Shown: positions 55,166 to 64,000 of the stretch, piece by piece | Layout of the letters: every line of letters begins with the position of its first letter | How positions within the stretch are numbered: position 1 is the stretch's first letter | Origin: the human T2T-CHM13v2.0 reference genome, Homo sapiens | Strand: one strand, 5' to 3' | DNA: 64,000 nucleotides | NCBI RefSeq assembly: GCF_009914755.1 | Contig: NC_060930.1 | The notes under the pieces: generated by a model | Told to the model about the DNA's origin: nothing | Seen by the model: only the letters and a program-made list of their open reading frames with translations | Database searches by the model: none | Made by a program: the position numbers and the translations under genes

Positions 55166-55944
55166 GTATGAACTGTTGAAATCCCACAAAAACTAAATAC
55201 TCTAATTTACATAAGGTCAGTTAAATAAATCATGTCTCCTTTGGAAGCAAAAGTTTCAACTTTTACAAAATTTGGATTTTTATCTGTGTTCTATTACAAA
55301 ATTTCCTTGGTTTGAATCCAAGCACTCTCAAGCTGCATATAAAAAAGCAAACAATAGTAGAGGACTGATTAAATGTGATCCATTTGGATAATGCAGGCCC
55401 TAAGTCAAATCATTTCAAAAAAAATAATTTGTTATGCCATATTGATTCACAAATATTTAACTAATAAGTCTGCCATGTGCACATACCCTTTCATGGTGCA
55501 CTTGAGAATTTCCTCCTACTTTGTCCATAGAAAATCCTCTCACCTTCACTCAGCTGCTGCCTCCTAATATAAATTGAGATTATCCAATATATTCCTGTTA
55601 TCTGTTCCCATATCTGTAATCTGTGGCCTAAAATTGTCTTCCAGCTATGCAAAATAACTTTCTTCACATCCTGAATTCCTTAGCTCATTGGTGCTAAGAA
55701 ATTCATGTTGGTTGAATCAGTAGACAAGAGACCATTCAATTCACCTGCCTGATTTAAATAGGATTATATTGATTCTGATTCAGAATCAGATGGCCAGAAT
55801 GATTATTAAAGGGTTATTATGTTTTACTTAAAGTACTTGCCATAAGATAAATATCTATATTAATGAAACATTGCTACACAACTCTTATTAATAACCTGTT
55901 CTAGGGTCATTTTGTGCTCAATGGAATTCAAGAAATTACATAAT

Positions 55945-57548
55945 ATATGCTATCAAAATTCTAATGACATTTTTACAGAAATAGAAAAAACATATGAAAC
56001 TACAAAAGACCCTTGAACAAAGAAAAAACCTGAATCATCACACTATTTGACTTCAAAATATATTATAAAGCTACAGTAATCAAAACAGCATGGTACTGGC
56101 ATAAAACCAGGCACATAGATCAATAGAACAGAATAGACAGCCCCAGAATAAATACACACATTTACAGTCAATTGAATGTCAACAAAGGTTCCAAGAACAT
56201 ACAATAGAAAATGGACAGTTTCTTCAATAAATGATGTTGGGAAAACTGGACATCCACATTTATAAGAATGAAATTAGACCTGTATTTCACTCCATATACA
56301 AAAATCAACTGTAATAGATTAAAGACTTGAAAGTAAGACCTGAAACTGTAAACTACCAGAAGAAAACATATGGGAAAAGACCCCATGACAGTGATCTGGG
56401 CAACAATTTTTTGAGAATATGAATCCAAAAGCACAGGTAACCAAAGCAAAAATAGAAAAATGGGATTACATTAAACTAAAAAGCTTATGTATAGCCAAAG
56501 AAACAGTCAACAGAATGAAGAGACAACCTAATGGGGGAAAATTTTTGCAGGCCATACATCTGACAAGAGGTTAATATCCAAAATATACAAGAAACTTAAA
56601 CAACTCACTAGTAAAAAACAAAAACAAAAAAAATGATTTTTAAAAATTGGCAAGGAATCTGAATAGACATTTCTCAAAAGAAGGCATACAAATGGCCAAC
56701 AGGTATAAAAAAATGCTCAACATTACTAATCATCAAGAAAATATAAATTAAAAACACAAGGATCTATCACCTTGCTCCTGTAGAATGGCTATATCATAAA
56801 GATGAAAGATAATTGTGGAAGAGGATGTAGAGAAAAGGGAACACTTGCACACTATCGGTGGGAATGTAAATTAGTATAGCCATATGGTAAACAGTATGAA
56901 GGTTCCTCAAAAAATTAAAAATAGAACTACTATATGATCTAGCAATCCCACTACTGGGTACATATCTAAAGGAAATGAAATCAGTATGTTGAAGACATAT
57001 CTGCACTCCCATGTTTATAAAATGTATATATACATAATGGAATACTATTTAACCTTTAAAAAGAAGGAAATGCTCTCATTTGTGACAACATGAATGAAAC
57101 TAGAAAACATTTTGTTAAGTGAAACAAGCCAGGAAGAATGACAAACCACATATAAGTGTATTTTCACTTATATGTTGAATCTAAAAAAAGTGAGCTCAGA
57201 AATAGAGTAGAATGGTAGTTACCGGGGATTGAAGGGTAAAGAAGGGGTGGAGGAGGACCTGGAGAGATATTAGTCAAAGGATACAAAACTTCAGTTAGAC
57301 AGGAGGAGTAAGTTCAAGAGGTCTATTGTATAACATGGTGACTATTCCTAGTAATGACATATTGTTTTCCTGAAAATTACCAAGAGAATAGATTTTTAGT
57401 CTTCTTACACAGAAAACTGATAAGCAAGTGAAGTGATGCATATTTTAATTAGTTTGATTTAGCCATTCCATAATGTATACATATTTCAAAACCACATGTT
57501 GTACAAGACAAATATATAAAATATTTATTTGTCAAGTAAAAATAAATC
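55945..57548 (+). mobile_element. 5'-truncated L1 (L1MA6/7-like), ending ~90 bp from the exon 8 donor
   Basis: ORF2 C-terminal remnant plus L1MA 3' UTR (ttcagttagacaggaggagtaagttcaagag). Confidence 0.88.
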
Positions 57549-57637
57549 AAGATATGTCAACCTGAAAAATATATGTGGGCAAAATGTGTACTTTTTTTGT
57601 AGAAGGTTGATTCATTTAAAACCAAACCAAAGCTTAC

Positions 57638-57771
57638 CAAAATTTCCACAGGCTTCACCACTTTTCTAGTAATGACACCAGGAGCTTTTAAACGAATGGT
57701 TTCCAAAACACACCATTTAATTAGAAGGAGATTCTCCAGGTCATCCTCAGACACTTTAATCTTATCTTTGC
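57638..57771 (-). CDS. CYP39A1: CYP39A1 coding exon (exon 8), 134 nt: (G)KDKIKVSEDDLENLLLIKWCVLETIRLKAPGVITRKVVKPVEIL
   Basis: Acceptor tttttacag|GC, donor TTG|gtaagc. Contains the P450 K-helix ExxR motif (ETIR). Matches the recalled human CYP39A1 protein and is in phase with the next exon. Confidence 0.97.
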
Positions 57772-58849
57772 CTGTAAAAAAATTTTTAATGAGAAATAAA
57801 TAGACTACAGAGGTCAGAAAGTGATTTCACGTAAGCTCATCAGCAGAGGTTAGATGTTGCCTCTGACAGCAAGTAAAGTGTTCCTATTACTATTACCTAT
57901 TACAGGTTTAGTCATTAATTGCCTCTTTTTCTTTATCACTTTTCTCTTGACAAGGTAAAATGTATGACACAAAAAACTAAGCCAATGTTGATTACTGTAA
58001 TGTGATGGATTGGTATCCAACTTAGGTTCCCACAGTCTTATAGCTATCAAATAGCTAAGACAGTCCTTGTCAGAAAGGTTTTACTCATCTTTTTCTTGTC
58101 TAAATTCTCATTCCACTTATGTAAAAAGCAATAAAAGACTGACATCAAAAGCACAAAGAAAAAGATACGAGAAGCCATCCGGCCTTTTTCTTCTGCCTTT
58201 ACCCTTTTGAATTGCTTTTTTTTTTCCCCCTAAATCATTCATTTCAAAAAAACAACTGGAAAAGGGGCAATGGGGCACAAGTATCTGAGCTGGAAGAATG
58301 AAGATGCCCTCTAAACACAGGTGCATCAAACTTTCTTAACGTGATGTGCATACTTTATTTGATCTTTAGACTGAAAGCACCTGAAAAAGGAGGGGGTGGG
58401 GTGGACGAAGGGCATCAACCATCAACCTTTGTACCATCTAAAGTAATGGCAGGAACTTTCAGTCAAATTAGACAGTTTAGTTAACAATATTTCAAGTAAA
58501 ATGTTTGCATTTTGAAAATTACTTGAAACAACTGCGCTTTCAATTTGTTTTTGACAGTATTTGCTTAAGAAAAGTCAACAACAATATTGTCAGTTTAATT
58601 AAGTCAACGCATTTCTCTTTTTCACATTTGCTTTCAGACCATCTTGGGAATGAGTGGGTAAGAGTAGAACTAGGGTCTCCAGCCATGTCTCTCTTTGACT
58701 CTGGATGAGGCGTGTTCAAAAGCAAGCCCATTTTGCAGGAAAAGGTTTATTGGGTGCTGCCTGGGAAACCTTTTCTGTCAGTATAGATAGAATTCCTAAG
58801 GAGTCAGAAGCAAACACCTTTGGTTAGTGGAGTCTAGGAACCTATGAAC

Positions 58850-59480
58850 TCCATTCAATCTGACAGATTCTTAAGTACCACGTAGGGACCAGGAGCTGAG
58901 ACAGGCTGTACCAGTATTACAATAACTAAGGCGCAGCTCTTGCTTGCAATACACTTAGTCTACTAGGAGGTAAGAGACAAGCACACAGTTGACTAGTACA
59001 ACATGTAGGCAAAGAAACTATTTTCTAAGATGTAAAATATTCTAAGGTAGTTAAAAGCAGATAGGGTTCACAGCTAAGGTAGTTTAAAGCAGATAGGGTT
59101 CACATCCAACTAGATGAAAAAGAAAATATTTTATGAATATATTTCTCTAAAACTACAAATATGATTAGTTTCTTGCATAGAGTCAACCCCAGTATATATA
59201 TATTAAATTAGCAAATGGTCCAACTTCAACATAGGGAGGTGAATGGGTGGATATTTTAGGCAAAGAGGAAGAACAAAAGTAAGACTGCAGACAACATGAG
59301 TACATTTAGAAAATGGCAATGGGTCCAGTTTGCCCAGAAGGTGAGACATATGTGATGGAACAGTGAGAGATCCACTAAGGCCATACTACAGACGATCCTA
59401 AATGCCATTCTGGAACATCCGGAGGCTAGAGAAATTGGAAACTTCCTGTCTTAGGCTGAGGGAGTGTTAACACCTCAACA
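58850..59480 (-). mobile_element. Diverged L2 fragments
   Basis: cattcaatc...ttaagtacc...cttagtctactaggagg, reverse L2-like. Confidence 0.45.
59042..59105. repeat. 32-bp tandem duplication CTAAGGTAGTT(A/T)AAAGCAGATAGGGTTCACA(G/T)
   Basis: Read directly from sequence, 2 mismatches between copies. Confidence 0.9.
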
Positions 59481-61630
59481 ATGAAACAGTGATATACAGC
59501 ACTATTCTGTATTAAATTAAGACCTTCGGCTTATTTGCTCAGATCTGAGCAATCTAATATTAAAAGGAGATAAGCACTTTTATGGGATTTTTGTTGTAAT
59601 CTCTGCAGGCATTGCCCAACAAAACTGTTGGTTTTCCTTTTCCGTAACAAAGATTGGAAAACAATAAGTATGCCTTCTGCATCTTCACAACCTAAATGCC
59701 ACAGTTTTTCCAAATTGTGTTCTATGAAATATTTGCAAGATGTCAAACGTATGAAGGAGGAAAAAGGTTCATGGGCAACCAAATACGAAAAATGCTACAT
59801 GTTATTGGTGATTCACTGGACACATTAGTGTATTACAGGCTTTGAGAAATCCTGCAATAAAACAGTTATTTACACTGTTATTCTCAAACTTTTTGTAACA
59901 TGGAATCTGTCTTCTACCAATATCCATACAAGCAAATCATTAGCTACATAAAAGATAACTAGCTATATAAATTAGGATACAGATTATTTCCAAGGCAATC
60001 CTCCGAAAAAGCAAACCAACCCTATTTTTAATGTCTGAAGATTACTAGCACATGGCATAAACTTTCGTGCACATGGCATAATCTATGAGTAGTTATTAAG
60101 AACTAAAACATGATCACCAACTGAAAACTGTCTTGATACACCATGGAAAGACAGGGGTACCATACATTTTACTTAGTTTACATTTTCCCCAAACTATCCC
60201 AACATTTTCTAAACTAATTCGGAAAAATAATTTAGAAAAGCCATGGTCAGAATTCTTTATTTGAAAAGTGGCTGAGATTTTGCATATGTAACAGATATCA
60301 TTGCTAAATCAAATAGACAAATGTTTGGCATTCACTGGAGAATAAAGTGCTAAGGAAATATAAGAAATTTAAGTTTTGGAGATCTTTACCATCAAAAAGA
60401 CTATAAGATGAAAAATTAAAGAAAGAATAAGTGCTTTGTCTAGACAATGTTAAAATGAGAAATCCTGAGGTTCTAATTTTTGAATTAGTTTATGAATGAC
60501 ACACAAACTTAGAGCAGTGCCCGGTATGTACTAAGTGTTCAGTACAAGGTGGTGCTGATTTACTTTTTATTTATTATTACCGTTACTATTAATGCGAATT
60601 TAATAATGACTCTTTAGAAACCACACCTTCCTATCTACTTTTACTCCATAGCTAATAAAGTTATTCTTTTTCCTGAAACCTTTATTGGGAGAAAATTTAG
60701 AGATTGGCGTGTGGGGTTGCATATGCAACACGAATTGGGGGCCAGGTCTGAGGAATTCCTTCCATTATTTGTTCAGTAGATATCTGCAGAGACTGAGACC
60801 CTACAGGTAGTTTGCAAGTGCTGAGTATGAAGATGTAGGTCATGTCTCTGGCTCTGAATAGTCTGATAGAGAAGACAGAGAACTAAAAGTGGTTAATGCA
60901 ATAAGCGCTATCACATTAAAGTGTGCAACTCGCTATAGGAGCACAGCGGTGACAGTGACCAGACGGGGGAGGGAGGTGTCAGAGAGGCTTTTCAGAAGAA
61001 AAAAATCTGAAGAAAAAATCAGATACACAAAAATAAAGAGCATGTTCAGATAACAGGAATTCAGTGTGAAATAGAGTCTGGTGTAGCAAGTGACTAGGTC
61101 AATCAACTGTAGATGCAGATCAGAACAAGCTGTCGCACTGGTTCTTGGCGGTTTGGTAATGGATCCACCCTCTCTTCCAAGGGTGTTCCACTGAGGTTCC
61201 AGTCTGCTCATACCAGATGAATCCAGAGATGACAGGAGGTATCTTTCCCGCTATCCAACTTCTGAATGTACCCCAAGACTGCCAGGTGTCAGTTCTGGGC
61301 CCTCTTCTCTTCTCTACATTATCCTCCTGGGGGACTCAAACAAACCCTTTTCTATAAAATACCATCAGTGGGCTAGTGACACCCACAATAACATTTTTTG
61401 CCTTCATCCCTTTTGTGAGCTCCAGATTATTGTTATCCAGCTGGCTTCTCATTGGCTTTGTTTGCAGGTCTAAAAGGCATCTCAAAGCAACACTGGCCTA
61501 CACAGAACTCTTCACTTGCCCCACTGAAATAAAGCCTTTCTTCCCTTGGTCTTGCCATCGCAGAAAATGGTAACAATGTTTGCCCAGCTGCTCAAGTTCA
61601 AACCTAAAAATCATCCATGATAATTCTGTT

Positions 61631-62812
61631 TGATATTGTGATATAATAAATATATATTTGGTCTGTGGTTCCTAACACAGATCTCCTAAAACCTTTGCAA
61701 TTTCTTGAATGATAGGGGAGAGAGGAGCATCTTTTGGTATTCATACATAATAAGCCCCTTTCTTTTCTTTTCTTTTCTTTTTTCTTTTCTTTTTTTTGAC
61801 ATGGAGACTCGCTCTGTTACCCAAGTTGGAGTGCAGTGGAGCGATCTTGGCTCACTACAACCTCTGACTCCCAGGTTCAAGCGATTCAGCCTCCTGAGTT
61901 GCTGGGATTACCAGCAAGTGCCACTACACCCAGCTATTTTTTTGTATTTTTAGTAGAGATGGGGTGTTGCCATGTTGGCCAGGCTGGTCTTGAAATCCTG
62001 ACCTCTAGTGATCTGCCCACCTCAGCCTTCAAAAGTGTTGGTATTACAGGTGTGAGCCACCCTGCCCAGCAAATAAGCCCCTTTCGATTACACCTGACTA
62101 TGCTAATGAAGTGACTCTTGGAAATTAGGGGCTAGTTGTCAAAGGAACCAACCATGAGATGAGAGGATTGGAACTGCCAGCCCCATTCCCCAGCCTCTGG
62201 GGAAGGGAGGTGGGCTGGGGATTCAGCTAGTCACCAATGGAGAATGAATTAATCAATCATGCCTTTGTACTGTAACTTCCATAAAATCCCTCAATAAAGG
62301 GGTTCAAAGAGCTTCTGGGTTGGTGAACACATGCATGTGCCGGAGGGTAACACACCCAACTTCAGAGAAAGAAGCTCCTATGCTTGGGACTCTTCCAAAC
62401 CTTGCCCTATGTGCTTCCTCATCTGGCTATTCATGTGTATAGTTTCTAATATCCTTTGTAATGAACCAGAAATAGTAAGCATAGTGTTTCCCTGAGTTCT
62501 GTGAGCCCTTACAACAAATTATCGAATCTAGAGAGGTGGTTGTGGAAAACTCCCGATTTGTAGACAAGTTGGACAGAAGTGTGAATAACCTGGGGCTGTA
62601 CTAATTTCAATGGGCATCTGAAGTTGGGGAGAGTCTTGCGGGACTGAGCCCCTAACCTGTGGGTCTGTGATAATGTCATGCAGTTAGTGTCAGAATTGAA
62701 TTAAGTTCTAGGACACCCAGTTGATATCTGAAGAGAACTGGAGAATTGTTTGGTGTGGAAAACCCACACATTTGGTGTCAGAAGTGTTGTGTGTAGAGAA
62801 ACAGTTTTCCTT
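61631..62812 (+). mobile_element. MER21(C)-like ERV LTR, interrupted by an Alu
   Basis: gagcttctgggttggtgaacac, tttccctgagttctgtgagcc, ggactgagcccctaacctgtggg, acacatttggtgtcagaagt. Confidence 0.85.
61763..62071 (-). mobile_element. AluS in MER21
   Basis: TSD AATAAGCCCCTTTC. (CTTTT)n tail. Confidence 0.92.
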
Positions 62813-63139
62813 TGTCCTTCCTTTCCCTTTAACTCCCTTAAACAATCAGCAAAATTTGTTTTTATTTGCAAACTAAATCCTACTTCCATCCACATCATTC
62901 CATCTCCATTGCTACCACTCTTGTCCAAGCCGTGAATATTTCTCACCTGGTCCAGGGTGACAGCCTTCATCATGCTTCCTACTCCCACCTGGCTCCTCTA
63001 CAAACCCTTTGTAAATAAGACCAAGTCAGTACCGTCTCAGGACCCACGAATGGCTTCAATACCATTTAGAATTAAATCCAACATTCTCACTTTGGCAAAT
63101 AAAGCCGTATCTATCCCTCTAGTCCCATCTCACACTGAA

Positions 63140-63553
<414 letters not shown>

Positions 63554-64000
63554 TAGAAATTCTCCTCTGCAGAAACCCTTTCCTGGCCACCCCAACTAAC
63601 ATCTCCCTAATCACTATTATTTCATTTTATTTCCCTTATAGTTCCTATTAATATATAAAATAACCCGGGATCCCCCAAATAGGATGTGATTACATGTGTT
63701 TCAGAATCTTGTTAGATCTGTTCTTCGATGTATATCCAGTATCTAACACAGTGTCCAGCATACAGTAGGTACTCTATATATTTTTATTGAATAAATGAAT
63801 GGATGGATGGATGGATGGATGGATGAATGCATGTCTAAAATGGTGGAAGGTGAGGTTAATTAGGAAGCTTTTAATTTGTGTAACAGCAATGGGAGGTATG
63901 TAGAGAAGTCAAATTTGAAAGACGTTTCTGAGGGAGAATGTAAAAATCTTTAAGTAAAAAAGAGTTAGTAAAAACCTGATATATACTAGAGAAGTGGTTC

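Overview
AT-rich primate (almost certainly human) genomic DNA containing the 3' part of CYP39A1 (oxysterol/24-hydroxycholesterol 7-alpha-hydroxylase) on the minus strand. Five coding exons (8-12 by my recalled numbering) splice with GT-AG boundaries and consistent phases: 57771-57638, 49780-49685, 48816-48728, 15511-15424, 12092-12021. They give the C-terminal 159 aa of a P450 (ETIR K-helix motif, PERW meander, FGSGKFQCPAR heme motif, ending ...EYKQRI*). The 3' UTR follows, then about 11 kb of downstream sequence. The rest is mostly transposon-derived: three near-full-length degraded L1s, many Alus, L2/MIR, MaLR/ERV solo LTRs, hAT MERs and microsatellites. Almost all ORFs in the supplied track are repeat-derived or spurious. 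The top observation is a 162-nt, stop-free, phase-matched candidate cassette exon in the 33-kb intron 10 (45228-45067). Its polypyrimidine tract and 3' splice site lie inside an ~88-nt RNA hairpin, and inclusion would insert 54 aa right after the heme-ligand Cys. Other observations: candidate antisense exons, an L2-derived poly(A) signal, an ATTCT/ATTTT mosaic repeat, a ~34-bp mini-Alu, and a micro-inversion inside an L1. Repeat subfamily names were assigned by eye and their boundaries are approximate.
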